This document shows, one piece after another, positions 22,088 to 33,608 of a stretch of DNA of 64,000 nucleotides. The position numbers and the translations under genes are program-made. This DNA comes from Cyanidioschyzon merolae (lineage: Eukaryota). The stretch lies in the NCBI GenBank assembly GCA_000091205.1, contig AP006497.2; one strand, 5' to 3'. The notes beneath the pieces were generated by a model that saw only the letters and a program-made list of their open reading frames with translations, did not search any database and was not told the origin of the DNA. Within the stretch, counting starts at the first letter, position 1; the number at the start of each line of letters is the position of its first letter.

Positions 22088-23562
22088 GGTGTACGCCTTG
22101 ACAAGACATGTCCAGTAATGGGTAGCTTACCGCTCAGCGCTTTGATCCGCGCACAGGCCATCGGATGGACGTTCAGGCAGCGATCGCGTACGCACATAGG
22201 ATTCTAGAAATTTGGCGACAATGCTGGAACTGACAGACAAGTGCGCAGGGCGCCTCCTGCAGTTGACCCTTACATGGCGCTTCTTGAGTCGTCGGGGTAA
22301 TGCAGTCTTTTAGGATTCGCTGATTACCGCCTGTAGGCCTGTTGGCTCACAATGGACGTCAGAGCGGCGTTAGACAAAAGGTCAGATTCGGGGCCTCATC
22401 GGCATGGAGGCACCTTGACCGATTGTCGCAGATGCCCAGCTCGCCTGCGCCTTTTGATTGCTAGCTGGTCAGCGTTTGCGTGCGCAGCACTGGTTCGTGA
22501 GCAGACCAACGCGTGCGCGCACTTTACACGAAAACATCACCGAATTGCATTTCGTGGCGAAGCAGCGGTGGCCCGTGGAAGCAAGAACTGCGGATGCTCG
22601 AATCGCATCGTCTTTTAGAGAGCTGCAGAATTTGGTCTGAATGCCCACGTTTGGGAGACACCCGGGCGTCGGCACTGCGGATGCACAACTGCTATCGTCA
22701 GGTACGGGCTGCCTTGGTCATTCACGGAATGCTTGGCCTTGAGGTCGGCACAGGAGCTGTCCGGAGCTCCATAGTATCGGCGAAAACCATCAGCAACCAA
22801 GTATCGCATGCACCCGCTTATTCGGGAATCGCGAACGCCACGGAATTGCTCCATCTCAGAATACCCGTGAATTCCTCGGACAGACGCAGACGCCAGCCGG
22901 CATGATGCCGCCGAGCTCGTAACGTACCGCCCGCATCGCGTAAACACCGTCGATTCGAAGCGGCTGTGGGGTTCGCACGCGTGTGCAGCGCACCGTCAAA
23001 AAGCCTAGCAAGCATGAGCATGGTGATGAGATACCCAAGTTGGCCGCATCAGGTCTCTCGGTATCAAGCCCGGAGCTGCCTGCATCAGGTGCAACAGGGC
23101 CACGGCAGGCTCCGCAGCGCTCGAACGACTCGAATAGCCGTTAGAGTGCCCCGGTGGTCGCAAACAGCACCCGCCGCATCACCAGAGATTTCATTCAATT
23201 CGATCCGCTGAAATGTCAGTGCGCAACACTGTCTGACCGCTGCGGTACCTGGCAGAGAAACCCTGCTCCGGGTACGTCGATACCCACCCTGGAGCCGGGA
23301 ATTCCCATACAGTACCATCGATCCTGTCCTGAAAAACAGCAGCCTCGCCTGCAAGTCGCCATTGCATTCGCAGCTGATTTCCATTCTTCTGATGGTGTCT
23401 GGTCGATGCATCAAGCCTTGGACCCTAGGAATGCGCGACGAGGATCAACAGCGGTAAAAGTATCAGTGATGCTGTTCATCTGGTGTCAGAAATGGCGATG
23501 ACCCCGTTGCCACTGCCACTGGTGTCATCCAAAGCACCGGGCGAACGTTGCGCGCTACCAGC

Positions 23563-24648
23563 ATGGGCGCATTCGTTCGTGCGAACGCTTCAGCGCTGTG
23601 CAGCTGCGCTCCATGTCGAAGTATGTTCCTATCATCTATATATGGAACAAACGATAAACCATCTTTCTTGGAACTTGTTTCACAGGAGCAGCTGCTGTTG
23701 GGCTTGCGACCGGCACTGGACCGAGTGCTCCACGGCCTGTGCGAACGGTTCTCCGGTCAGCACTGGTTACGGGCCCTGCACCGTCGCACTGACGAGCTCT
23801 GGTTGCTGATTCTGCTCGTCGTTGAAGGCCGCTCGCTTTATTCGAACGGAGCCACTGTTGCAGAGAGTTTTTACGGACTCCGAAGACGCACGAATGAAAC
23901 GTCCACACTGGCCTCGCGACCAAAAGAGGAGCACGGGCCAGCGCCTGGTCTGCCAGCGGCAGCGGTATGGAAAAGCGTTTTGGAAAGCGCAATATTGCCG
24001 TATTTGAGAACAAAACTTGACGCGTTGTATCAGGAATTTTATATCCAGGCTAGCCTTGGCTTAGACGGCTTCTGGAGCTGTTTTTGGAAGCGACTATTCC
24101 TCCGCCTCTACCCTTTCTTGCGAACGTTGGACCACTGCTTCGTGTTTCTCTTTCGTCTTCTCTATCTGTTCGGTCGAACCGAGTACTACAGCTGGCCTTT
24201 ACGACTTGAACGAATCGTTGTCGTGCGAGCGCCCTATGCCGCTGGGCTAGTCCAGGGGCGACCTGCGGCTACACTGCTGCAGCGGTTCCTGGACCGCGCG
24301 TTCTCTGGCGGCAAGCTCGCTCTTATAGTAGGACTTTACACGCTTCGTTTCGTGGACTGGTTTCGATCCAATTTAGAGCGCGAGCGCCGTGAGCAGGTTC
24401 GGTCCTTGCCTTTACCACCACCGCCAGAGCCTCTGGGTCCGCCGCAGACCCACGCGTGGACACCAGGCGCTTGCGCTCTTTGTCACAGAGCGGACTGCTG
24501 CGAGCCCTCTGTTTGTCTGGTCAGCGGCTTTGTTTTCTGTGACGCTTGCTTACGCGAGCATATTAAGATTCATCGGCGTTGCCCGATAACAAAGTTTCCC
24601 GCATCCGAGTTGGACATACGTCGGCTCTACTTCTCAGACGCTCTATGA
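23563..24648 (+). CDS. PEX12: peroxisome assembly protein 12 (RING-type peroxin)
   Basis: C-terminus CALCHRADCCEPSVCLVSGFVFCDACLREHIKIHRRCPITKFPASELDIRRLYF aligns with the PEX12 degenerate RING (CPLCRK....ATSGYVFCYRCV..YV....CPITGYP....LIKLY). N-terminal DKPSFLELVSQEQLLLGLRPAL matches the PEX12 N-terminal box. The track ORF begins with TTG; in-frame ATGs are at 23563 and 23623 and either may be the start. Confidence 0.75.
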   Translation: MGAFVRANASALCSCAPCRSMFLSSIYGTNDKPSFLELVSQEQLLLGLRPALDRVLHGLCERFSGQHWLRALHRRTDELWLLILLVVEGRSLYSNGATVAESFYGLRRRTNETSTLASRPKEEHGPAPGLPAAAVWKSVLESAILPYLRTKLDALYQEFYIQASLGLDGFWSCFWKRLFLRLYPFLRTLDHCFVFLFRLLYLFGRTEYYSWPLRLERIVVVRAPYAAGLVQGRPAATLLQRFLDRAFSGGKLALIVGLYTLRFVDWFRSNLERERREQVRSLPLPPPPEPLGPPQTHAWTPGACALCHRADCCEPSVCLVSGFVFCDACLREHIKIHRRCPITKFPASELDIRRLYFSDAL

Positions 24649-24949
24649 CGCGGTGATGCGCAGCGGTCTCTCGAGCGATGTTCCAACATCGTGCCCTCCA
24701 GACGTAATGCTCACTGACTAGCCATTATCGATAACCCAAGGCATGTTCCTGCCGTCGAGTTCCAGCTAGGGCCTCACATGCCTGCACAGAGGGTGTTCTT
24801 CGCGTGCCACAGCAGCACACCGCGGGTGCGCGGTTTGTCTCCGCACCAGCGAATGCAGACACCACAAGCGCTTGCGCAGAGCTCGTTTTCGGGCCTATCC
24901 AACGGCCTCGAAGAACGGTTGCCTCCGCATCTGCTCAGCAGGTACTCGC

Positions 24950-25444
24950 TTACGGTTCCGTGCTGCAGCGTTCAATAAAGTTCCTGGTTCGTTCTTGCAG
25001 CATTCGGAGCATGAACCGCTCACGCCGTAAGTGCTCGTGCGCGGAGCGGTTGGCCCCCGGCTCAAGCGTTTGTTGCTCGACAGCGTGAACGTCCATCTCC
25101 GAGATGTTTACCTCAAAGTTTGCCAGGTTCGCACGTTCCCGTGCTCTCTGCATGCGCTCTTTGGACAGTTCGAGGCGCTTCCGCAAAAGTTCTTCCAAGT
25201 TCGTTTTGTCCAGCTTGGCTGGCCAGTAGAAACCGTCCTGTGGTCCCACGAGGATCGGCTCTAGTCTACGCTCCTCCGGCGGATCAAGCTTCATCTTCCG
25301 TAACTTGAACCGGAACGCCCCACCCTCGTTGACAGTCCAGTTCACGAGCCGGAAAAAAGCCAAGGAACTCAAAGACCCCACGAGAAAGTATACAAGCGGT
25401 GCTCTCCAGGTCGATAGTCGCGAAGCCTCAGAAAACGCTCGCAT
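24950..25444 (-). CDS. hypothetical small membrane-anchored coiled-coil protein
   Basis: True ATG at 25444. N-terminal hydrophobic helix PLVYFLVGSLSSLAFFRLV, then a charged, coiled-coil-like segment. No family recognised. Confidence 0.35.
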   Translation of the reverse strand: MRAFSEASRLSTWRAPLVYFLVGSLSSLAFFRLVNWTVNEGGAFRFKLRKMKLDPPEERRLEPILVGPQDGFYWPAKLDKTNLEELLRKRLELSKERMQRARERANLANFEVNISEMDVHAVEQQTLEPGANRSAHEHLRRERFMLRMLQERTRNFIERCSTEP

Positions 25445-26504
25445 TTTCCAAAGAGTATACCTTTCGTTTATAGCTCATTCAGAGATGTACAGTAGAACAC
25501 AAGGTGCAACTGAAACAGGCATAGTGCGCCTTTACCTGAAACGAAAGCGAAACAAAATCGTTAGGCCGACGCAGGCACCTGCGGCGTGAAGCGCTGCAGC
25601 TGGAGTGGCGAAACGTTGCGGCTGTGGTACTGCCGCTGGACCCCGCAGGTGTGCGGGTGCGCTCCACCCACGATCACAATCATTCCAGTAGGAAACAGTG
25701 CGGATGAACCGTATAGTTCGCAGCGCATAGCTCGTTGGTAAGGACCAAGTTGGATACAAAAGCGCGTGCAGCATCGAGCATTAGTGTCAAAATCCAGCTC
25801 CGAAAGTCACCTGCTCCAGAGGAGTCCCTTGCACCAGGTGCCGGTCATACGAATTGCATTCAGAAGCAACACAAGCACCGTGCCAATGACACACACACAT
25901 GATGCACCAATGTAGGCATTGCGAGACCGTTACATTCTGATGCTGAGCCTTCTTGCCGCGTGCTCTGAAAAGCCAGGTCATTGGCGGTGGCTCTCGCGAT
26001 GAGGTTCTGCATGAAGCACCGCTCAGCGCTTTAAATGTACGGACAATGCGGTAATGGGATCCACTAAGGTTCCGCTGCAATGCATGTATTTCCAAGCCCA
26101 GTGCTCGGTGGTGTCATCCATGCAGTTGCTCTCCTGCACGGAAACGGAGACGCTGCGGCGCACAGCCACAAACGCTCTGGTACGACCTCGAGCGAAAGCG
26201 GCGATTGCATCATTCTACAGAAATCGGGCCAAAGCTGCTGCTCAACTTCAAACGCAGATGCAGCGATGTGCATACACAAGTATAAGCGGCACGAAAGACC
26301 TCGCTACTGGAGCGATCGCGTAACGAGGAACCCTACTGATCCGAGTACGAACCTTCGAGCACTCGACGTCCACGATACAGACCGACGGGGTCCCTGCTCC
26401 CGTGGCTAGTCAGTCCCCAGCAGCCAATATCCGCTGATATTGCTGGTAGCCAGCGAGACATCATCGGCAGAGACGCCGTCGCTCCGAGCTCAGACTGCTA
26501 AGCG

Positions 26505-27029
26505 TCAAGTGCTCGCGTTTTCATGGAACGTCAGGTCCGCCGATCCAAGAGCGACTCGTCTCTGGTATAGCCCGACGTATGGCATCACCATATAATGAAG
26601 ACGCATCGTGATGGAGTTGCCGCGAAGTGTTTCGTTCGGAAACGCACGCAACGGATATTTGGCTCTCTCACCTATGAGTCGGATAACTCGGCTGTCCCTG
26701 GATCCGACTACTTTATCCCACAGAGTAACTTGGCTCGACGCGTTTTTACTCTCTGCAACAATGAAGACATAGAGCTGCCGGTACGTACCTCTCCAGACGG
26801 GTTGGAAGTCAGCTTCCATATCTATGGAGAGAAACGCAGTTTCCGAGGCACGCGGTAAGTTACCGTGGAACCCCAGGATGCGCCCTCCAAAGTTCTTGAC
26901 TGTGATCTGTGGACATCGCGCCGTGCGCACTGCGTCTAACGCAACCTGCAGAGCCAGCAAGATCAAGAACCAGAAAAAGCAAGTAGCAGCGTAGGAAGTG
27001 AGGCGCTGCCTCCAGGTAGACGCAACCAT
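26505..27029 (-). CDS. SPCS3: signal peptidase complex subunit 3 (SPC22/23)
   Basis: N-terminal TM segment (YAATCFFWFLILLALQVAL), then ...RQLYVFIVAESKNASSQVTLWDKVV...NETLRGNSITMRLHYMVMPYVG. This parallels SPCS3 (..[27 protein letters not shown]...NRNVTLTLSWNVVP.AG). The track ORF starts with TTG at 27050; first ATG is at 27029. Confidence 0.7.
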   Translation of the reverse strand: MVASTWRQRLTSYAATCFFWFLILLALQVALDAVRTARCPQITVKNFGGRILGFHGNLPRASETAFLSIDMEADFQPVWRGTYRQLYVFIVAESKNASSQVTLWDKVVGSRDSRVIRLIGERAKYPLRAFPNETLRGNSITMRLHYMVMPYVGLYQRRVALGSADLTFHENAST

Positions 27030-28960
27030 ACTGGACGCTACCAAAAACAACTGCGAATGAATTGCCGAACGATCACACGTTCCTCCTTGTGCGAATACGC
27101 TCGAGATCTCCGTTCAATAACGTCTGCACTGAGAGCAAAAAACGAATGACGCTGCTGGGCCCTGGTCGACCTGCGCCCAGCATTGACCAATCCTAGTTTC
27201 GCGGAGACGACTGCTGATGATTCGCGTTCGCGCCGCTGCCACGGCAACGCAGGGTCACAAGCTGCATCACCGATGCTGGAAAGGCACGTCCCATGCAAGG
27301 TCCAGCACATCATGTTCTCCAAGGGACGGCGCTGTACGAACCAGTTCCTCAGACGCAGTTTGTAGCTGCGTATCTGCATCGAGATGGATCGCTGGTTAGA
27401 ACTGGGGGACGCACTACACAACGCTGCCTGGCGTACGCTGGAACGCTTCACCTCGATGTGTGCAAAGAGGCGCGCAAATACCGGTGCAGTTCAGCCGGAT
27501 GGAGCTCGACGAATCGCTCGGTGGAAGCAGGTATCAGCATCTGCGATTCGAACGCATGTCAATGTCGAATGGAACGGGGTCTCCGACTCGAGCGTATACA
27601 CGAAAATTCGGGTCTCTTTCTCTGGTCTTCAGCACTAGCGTTTGCGGAACTGTTCTGTGACTGCTTCCTTTTCCTCTGTGTGGCCGTCGGCTTTCCGTAC
27701 GGTGTCCTGCTCTTTCCCTACAATGTCCTTCGTTCGCAGTGGAAGGGTTTCGGTGGCAGCGTTGAATTCCTGAATGCGCTGCTTCCGCCTGTTACCGATG
27801 CATTTCATCCGCAGGCGAAAGCGGCGACGTATGCCTCGCTTGCCATTTTCATCTGCATCGTATACAGCTGAAGTGCGCCTTACATAGCGGTGGCACGCAA
27901 AACTGGTCAGCTGCTCCCAGAGGTCCGCCATACATCCACATCTAAAGGCCACAGCGCGGCGCGTGGACGCTTGCTTTATCGCGTCATACGAGCGCTTGAC
28001 GAGCCCATGAAGATCCCCTGGATGCTCCCCGCCGTTTCTTCGCCCGGGGTCGTACACTGCGATCGCGGGCCTCTTCGGGGTGACGTTCTCGGTCAGTACT
28101 CTGTGCAGTGGAGACGCAAGCGTACAGTGTCCCATTCGATAGAGGATATCTGGAACGCAAGGTTGTCTATGATGGAAAGAGTACAGGAAGCAAAATCCAG
28201 CATGGAGAACAAATCGAGAAATTTCGATTCATCTATGCTACCCTCGCGCAAAGCGATGGTGCATTCTCGACTAGAGGCGATCGCAGCGACGACAGAAAGT
28301 CTCAGTCCAGGGCCCCCTTCCATGGAATCAGAATCGAGGAGAGCCTCTGGGGGCATATCCAGTGGGCGCGATGATGCTGTTGCGAAGTGTTGCCTCGCCG
28401 ATGCCCGCAAAGGGCGGATTGTATGCCTTTTAAAGGGATTCAATCATTTGAAGAGCCAAGTCCAGTGAACTTTCGACGTGCGCTTGTGAAAAAAGTCATC
28501 GGGAAACGACGCGGATTTTTTTCCGCATCCATCCTGCGGCGCGAATCGTTGTGCCGCAGAGGAGCCTCCAAACAGAGCGAGGGAAAAGTTGAAGAATACG
28601 TGATCTGACTCTTCCACATACGTACGGAAAGGAGAAGGGTGAATGCATGGAAGTATGCATTGGAGAGTGATATCGGTTATGTTATGAACTCAAGGGGCAC
28701 TGCCTCGGAGATGCCAATGGGAAATGACGACCAGGAATCCTAAACCTATGTATTACACCATGAGCGCTTATTCCTTCATTGAAATATTGGGGCGCTATCC
28801 CTAAAGAAAAGCTCGTGAAAAAACCAAGGCACGAACAGAGAAAGCAGTTCTCTTTCCGTTTCCATCCGACATGGGTGCAGGCAGCGGGTCCGTCGAGGTG
28901 GATAACCACGAGGATCCAGCGCTTCGTGCAACTCCACACGCTTGGGTCCTGGTCAAAGGC

Positions 28961-29255
28961 CCACGTCGCAAAACGGCGCCAGAGTCCGCATCCAATAGCG
29001 GAACGGAGTCAATGTACTCTGGAATCGTTCAAGCTGCTAAGTTTCTCCATCGCTTGGTGCCCGTCGCAAAACGGCGCCAGAGTCCGCATCCAATAGCGGA
29101 ACGGAGTCAATGTACTCTGGAATCGTTCAAGCTGCTAAGTTTCTCCATCGCTTGGTGCCCGTCGCAAAACGGCGCCAGAGTCCGCATCCAATAGCGGAAC
29201 GGAGTCAAGGTACTCTGGAATCGTTCAAGCTGCTAAGTTTCTCCATCGCTTGGTG
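28961..29255. repeat. 98-bp minisatellite, 3 tandem copies
   Basis: Unit gtcgcaaaacggcgccagagtccgcatccaatagcggaacggagtcaatgtactctggaatcgttcaagctgctaagtttctccatcgcttggtgccc occurs three times head-to-tail (28961-29058, 29059-29156, 29157-~29255). The third copy has a few substitutions. This explains the repeated peptide in three overlapping ORF-track entries. Confidence 0.9.
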
Positions 29256-29686
29256 CCGCGCCGGCGAGTCCGCATGCACAGCGCGTCGGAGCACAACCTG
29301 AAGACGACATACGACCGCTCGTTATGCGAAAAACTGCTTGAACGAACGTCCTTATGGGAGTCGATAATCGGTTGTATCTCTGAGCTGCATACGTACCAGC
29401 GCTACGGGCATCCATTGAATGCTCGGCACCCAAATGATCATAGGAAATTATCAGTATTCCCAAAGAGACCAATAGATTATAACCTGTAGAATTTTTTGCC
29501 GTATCTTGTGGAATAACGGATTCTTTCTTACGTGCTGGTAACAATCGCCGTCCGAGCGATGCCCTGGTGGTCGTGCACACGATCCTCCACTTTCGGCGCT
29601 CTGCGATGCAGCCGAAAATGTAGTGGCGGCGCGCTCCGTCTGGGCCTTTAAAGCACGTTTCGAACGAACAAAACCCGCTTACCAGG

Positions 29687-30574
29687 ATGCAGCGCCCAGA
29701 GGGCCCAGGGACGCACACGATTCCTATGCCGAAACTAAACTCAGCAGAGGATGTTTTCACTTTTTGGTTTGGGGTAGAGCCGTCTCTTGAAAAACGCCGA
29801 AAGTGTCTTTCCTCCTTCAGCTACTTCGAGTCGCGCGTTGCAACGTGGTTTCTCGGGAAGAACAAGGAGTTCGAGCTAGTTCAGCTGGAAAGCGTTGACC
29901 TCGTGCATCGAGCCGGGCGAGGCGAGCTGCACGGCGGCGAGTGGGACCAACCTCTTGGGTTGCTTGCTCGGATCTTGCTGACGGATCAGTTTCCACGGTG
30001 CATCTGGCGCGGACGCGCGGAAGCCTTTCAGTACGACAACGTAGCGCGCGGCATATGTCGTGCAATCCTCGAGAAGGGCTGGGACAAGAGCGAGTTTTTT
30101 TTCGCAGAGCGTATATTCATATATCTACCTCTAGAGCATAGTGAATCCCTCGCAGATCAGCGCGAATGTGTTCGTCTGATGCGCACCGCAGCAGCGGGCT
30201 CGCCATGGCTCACACGCTGGAAACACGCGCGCAGCGTCAACGTGAAAATGGCTGAGGATCATCTCCGCGTAATCGAAAGGTTTGGACGATTCCCATATCG
30301 CAACGAGTCCTTGGGTCGGGCTTCATCGCCCGACGAAATAGCATGGTTGAGATCAGGGAACTTGCCGGTATTTGCAAAGAGCCAACTCGCATCATCGCAG
30401 CACAACGAGGCCGCGAGCACCGAGCCAGCTTCTGCGGGCGGGAATGCATCCACAGAACGTGCTTTTGGCAGAGTGTCCCGGTCACCGTGGACTGCGCTAT
30501 CGGCTGCGGTGCTGGCCATTGGAACTGCAGCTGCCATCAGCTATCGCATCTACCAAAGGCGCCATGAAGTCTGA
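29687..30574 (+). CDS. DUF924 family protein with C-terminal TM tail
   Basis: VFTFWFG...LARILLTDQFPRCIWRG...HLRVIERFGRFPYRNESLGRASSPDEIAWL matches the DUF924 pattern (W..D..RN...IIRFGRFPHRN..LGR.ST.EE..FL). C-terminal hydrophobic AVLAIGTAAAISYRIY. ATG at 29687; an alternative ATG lies at ~29726. Confidence 0.6.
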   Translation: MQRPEGPGTHTIPMPKLNSAEDVFTFWFGVEPSLEKRRKCLSSFSYFESRVATWFLGKNKEFELVQLESVDLVHRAGRGELHGGEWDQPLGLLARILLTDQFPRCIWRGRAEAFQYDNVARGICRAILEKGWDKSEFFFAERIFIYLPLEHSESLADQRECVRLMRTAAAGSPWLTRWKHARSVNVKMAEDHLRVIERFGRFPYRNESLGRASSPDEIAWLRSGNLPVFAKSQLASSQHNEAASTEPASAGGNASTERAFGRVSRSPWTALSAAVLAIGTAAAISYRIYQRRHEV

Positions 30575-31124
30575 CGTCTGATGGGACTCATTGACCATCT
30601 GGTTTGCTTTTCCGCGATGCGCAACGCCAACGCAAACTGGTGCGCCAGGATCACATTTGGTGACAACGCCTCCCCGCGAAGCTCAGCGGTCATTGCTGGG
30701 TAGCCAAATTACCGATTTCATCGGATACCGCAAGGCACCATCATCAGCAGTGGCAGGTCTTCTGTTATGGCTCTGGGATAAATGGTGCATTCGTTGGAAT
30801 CTGTACCGACTCTGGGACGCAGTCTGGAACGGAGGGATCTGATGGCGTGCCGCCTTCTCAATCTGTATCAGACGAGAATGGAATGGTGAACTGCTCGCGC
30901 TGTTCCTGCATTTCGGTTTTTTTCGAACATTTCTGGAGTTGGTGGCGAGCTTCGACATTCAACGTGAAGCAACGAGGGACGATGGATTCATGAATATTTT
31001 AAGGATTTTTGGTCGTCTTTTCCGTATGTCGTCTCTGATTCTATGTCGCGGGAATTCGTTACATCAACGCAATCAAGATGTTTCGGGACGCCGCCGAATA
31101 AGAGTTCGTAAAATATCTGACAGA

Positions 31125-31765
31125 ATCATCCAATGCATGCATACAAGTCTGGATGCTTCTCGTTTCCTGAAGTGCGGTCTGCTCCAATCTTGCATTCTCC
31201 AAATGTTCGGTCTTTCTGTTCTCGACGACGTCGTGGCCCGTCGACTTGCTTATTTGCTCATGGCATACGTTGACTGAACTTTTCGCTTCAGCGAATGATC
31301 GATTCGGTTTAGGAGACGAACCCTCCTATCTCACTGGTCATCGACGAGGCGGCATTCGACAGCAGCCTGCTGCCTCTCACATGACACGCCCGCAGACAGA
31401 CCCGTCTCTTCTGTTTCCATGGAGAGAGGCCTCGTTCTCGGACCTGAATCATCCCAGCGATCGCCCGCGGTGGAGCGTACGTCAACGCTTTCCACGCAGG
31501 TAGGGTAGACGAAACGAAATTTCTCGCCCAGGTTTCCCGCCTGAGTTTTATTGCGATTTCTGATGCCATCATGATGAACATCGCGTTCCACAAACCTCGA
31601 TCGAACCGAGGAGCGTGCCCGTGCTTGTGCAGCGGACTGAGCGCCTACCGAGGACTCTCGCCCGGCGGGTGCTCGATAGTGTAGGGTACGGTGCCGGGCG
31701 TGGAAACGGAGGATTGCAACACCGACAAGCATCCGTACCCGTCAAGCGCACAGCCCAAGCGAAGA
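31125..31765 (+). repeat. dispersed repeat family A, copy 1 (~0.64 kb)
   Basis: About 98% identical to 45205..45838 (same orientation, offset 14,073 bp). Lower-identity similarity extends ~35 bp further upstream. No recognisable coding content; no TIR or TSD seen. Confidence 0.85.
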
Positions 31766-31820
31766 AGCAAGCCCGTGCGTGGGCGCCACGCCCACCCGCA
31801 AGCTCCGTCGCGCTCCGGGG

Positions 31821-33281
31821 ATGTCTGGTGGTGGATGCCCCGGAACACTCCACCACAGGATGCAGTCCTGCATCGCTTCAAGAGGTCTCGCGCCGGCAGT
31901 GCCGGATCGCAGCCACACCCAAAAAACCCCATTTGTGACAACTGTCTATCGTGACATTCGTGCGCGTGTCAGAACTGCCGGTGATTTGGCGGCAACGCGC
32001 GCCCATTCGGACCTGTTCTTGGCGTTGTTTGCACGTCTTGCGAAAAACATGCCGGACTTTGCGTTCGTCACGACTGTTCATCACAAATTTAACACTCATT
32101 CGCATACCGTCTGTCGTAATAAAAGTAAATCCAGGTGCAGAAAAGGCCTAGCGAACGTCGAAAGCCTACTTGACGCTCACGGAGACGGCCTTGAGCAACG
32201 ACCGACGCCGCAGTCTGTATTGGCGCACAAGGCGCTCCGAGCCGGTCAAGTGGGACTCTCTTCAAGTTCTCGATCAGACTACCAACAAAAGCCGGTCGAC
32301 ACGGACACACCACCGTGTGTGGTCAAGGTTTTCGGCGTTGGCGGTGGCGGGTGTAACGCGATCTCTCGTATGCTGGAAGACGGAGAGTTCCGCGGGGTGC
32401 GGTTCGCTATCGCCAACACAGATCATCAGGCATTGATAGAGTTCAAGAAAAAATACATTTTATATACGCAGAACGCTGTTCTAGAAACAGTTGTTCCACT
32501 GGGTGAAAGCATCTGCAGAGGCCTCGGTGCTGGGGGCAACCCCGAGGTCGGCTGCGCAGCAGCCGAAGAGTCCCACGATCGCATCGCACAGGCGATTGGT
32601 GTCGGGACAGACCTCCTGTTTATTACCGCGGGCATGGGCGGCGGCACCGGCACCGGAGCCGCTCCCGTTGTTGCGCGCATTGCCAAGAGTCTCGGAGCGC
32701 TCACCGTTGGGGTGGTCACCAAGCCGTTCTCATTCGAGGGCCGCCATCGAATGCAGCAGGCCTTGGATGGCGTTGCTGCGCTTCGTGAAAACGTGGACAC
32801 ACTCATCGTTGTCAGTAATGACCGCCTCATGCATGTGGTTCCCAAGAATATGCCGCTCAAGAGAGCTTTTCGGGTAGCAGACGACGTTTTGAAAAATGGT
32901 GTGCGCGGCATTTCCGAATTAATCACGCGACCTGGTCTCATTAATGTGGATTTCGCTGACGTTCGCTCGGTCATGGCCGAAAAAGGCTACGCGCTTCTCG
33001 GATTGGGAACAGGAAGCGGCGAGCGCCGAGCTAAGGAGGCAGCACTCGCCGCGGTGTCCTCGCCACTGCTTGATTTCCCTCTGAACAGCGCAAAAGGCGC
33101 AGTGTTCAATATTTGCGGTGGACCCGATATGACGCTCAGCGAAGTGAACCAGTGTGCGGAGGTCATATTCCAGCATCTGGATCCTGACGCGAGCATCATT
33201 TTTGGGGCAACGGTGGATCCGACGCTTGGGCCGCGCGCTGATATCTCCGTTACTGTCGTTGCGACCGGGTTTGCGTCCTAA
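31821..33281 (+). CDS. ftsZ: cell-division GTPase FtsZ (organelle-division type) with long N-terminal extension
   Basis: VKVFGVGGGGCNAISRM...GLGAGGNPEVG...LLFITAGMGGGTGTGAAPVVARIAKSLGALTVGVVTKPFSFEGRHRMQQALDGVAALRENVDTLIVVSNDRL is a canonical FtsZ core with the tubulin signature GGGTGTG. Ends ...ISVTVVATGFAS with no conserved C-terminal tail peptide. ~170 aa precede the core. The track ORF starts with GTG inside repeat A; first ATG is at 31821 and the start is uncertain. Confidence 0.85.
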   Translation: MSGGGCPGTLHHRMQSCIASRGLAPAVPDRSHTQKTPFVTTVYRDIRARVRTAGDLAATRAHSDLFLALFARLAKNMPDFAFVTTVHHKFNTHSHTVCRNKSKSRCRKGLANVESLLDAHGDGLEQRPTPQSVLAHKALRAGQVGLSSSSRSDYQQKPVDTDTPPCVVKVFGVGGGGCNAISRMLEDGEFRGVRFAIANTDHQALIEFKKKYILYTQNAVLETVVPLGESICRGLGAGGNPEVGCAAAEESHDRIAQAIGVGTDLLFITAGMGGGTGTGAAPVVARIAKSLGALTVGVVTKPFSFEGRHRMQQALDGVAALRENVDTLIVVSNDRLMHVVPKNMPLKRAFRVADDVLKNGVRGISELITRPGLINVDFADVRSVMAEKGYALLGLGTGSGERRAKEAALAAVSSPLLDFPLNSAKGAVFNICGGPDMTLSEVNQCAEVIFQHLDPDASIIFGATVDPTLGPRADISVTVVATGFAS

Positions 33282-33608
33282 TGAAACTAGACCGCAAGCG
33301 TTCCATGCAGTACAGATTGCTATAAACAAGGAAGCTCGTTGCTATGGAATGTCCATCGAGTCGGCGCGAGCGTCGATAATCTCGCTGGGGGCCTCATCAT
33401 TCATATGCAATCCCTGATTTTTCCCAAGCGAGCAGTGCTCCAATGCCACACACGCGATGGTCACTCGGTGTGATACCACAGCCATTCCGTTGGTAAGGAA
33501 GGATTCCTGTGCGCCCGAGCGGCTTCTCTCGGCACTCTATAACAAGCAAAAAGCTCGTGCCGGCTCGTAGCAGGGGCAGCGATGTGCGCTTCGCCACCAT
33601 GGACCGCT

